Shown: in pieces, positions 35,653-35,867 of the stretch
Layout: every line of letters begins with the position of its first letter
Numbering within the stretch: the stretch's first letter is position 1
Assembly (NCBI GenBank): GCA_902796385.1
Contig: CADBOV010000126.1
Coordinates: forward strand, 1 to 35,867
DNA length: 35,867 nt
Source: an uncultured Lachnospiraceae bacterium
GTDB taxonomy: Bacteria > Bacillota > Clostridia > Lachnospirales > Lachnospiraceae
Direction: 5' to 3'
Translations under genes and position numbers: made by a program
The notes under the pieces: model-generated
The model's database searches: none
The model's input: the letters and a program-made list of their open reading frames with translations, nothing else
Told to the model about the DNA's origin: nothing

Positions 35653-35867
35653 CTACAGGACTTCCACCTGACAACTCTGCATGGTCTTCAGTGCAGCCCC
35701 ATGTCCCTCCGGCGTGATACCCGCACAGCAGGAGCTGTCGACACTGACGCGGATCTCCGGGAACCGGGTTTTGAGGATCACCTGAATCTTTGCTTTTACG
35801 TTATCAACGATCTTAACTGCCTCGGCTGTACCGAGACTACCGTCAATAAAGTCATTCTGCATATCGA
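35653..35867 (-). pseudogene. Isochorismatase-family cysteine hydrolase (nicotinamidase-like) with a large in-frame internal deletion; 5' end outside the window
   Basis: Reads (I)DMQNDFIDGSLGTAEAVKIVDNVKAKIQ (family N-terminal motif) joined directly to VILKTRFPEIRVSVDSSCCAGITPEGHGAALKTMQSCQVEVL (family C-terminus). The central T.DTH, HC, K..F and G.CTDICV motifs are absent. Confidence 0.72.

Overview
About 36 kb of chromosome that looks like a gut or rumen Firmicute, probably Lachnospiraceae-like (inferred from gene content, AGGAGG ribosome binding sites, sigma-A type promoters and lipoprotein signals). Most genes are on the minus strand. Left to right: a partial AcrB-family RND permease with a long coiled-coil insert; a membrane-anchored hypothetical with a toxin-like C-terminus; a CPCC-GNAT fusion; a GH5; a TraX-family membrane protein; a Cthe_2159-type lipoprotein; hisS; a PEPK-repeat degenerate AAA protein; a diguanylate cyclase with a LacI-type ligand-binding domain; glgX; a YunG-like/PAS/GGDEF/EAL protein; a second GH5; a GH16-CBM4 lipoprotein; a GNAT; a VanX-type D,D-dipeptidase; a NarL-type two-component system with an FtsX-type ABC transporter; a papain-family lipoprotein; a second FtsX-type ABC transporter; three membrane proteins (two with Q/G-rich tails, one with a zinc ribbon) around a 53-bp perfect palindrome; and an internally deleted cysteine hydrolase at the right edge. 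I saw no CRISPR array, tRNA, rRNA, transposase, integrase or reverse transcriptase. The best leads are the YunG-like (putative Cys-His-Asp) domain fused to a c-di-GMP phosphodiesterase inside a glucan/glycogen cluster, the CPCC-GNAT plus toxin-like gene pair, and the REP-like palindrome. All family calls are from motif recognition by eye; no database search was run.
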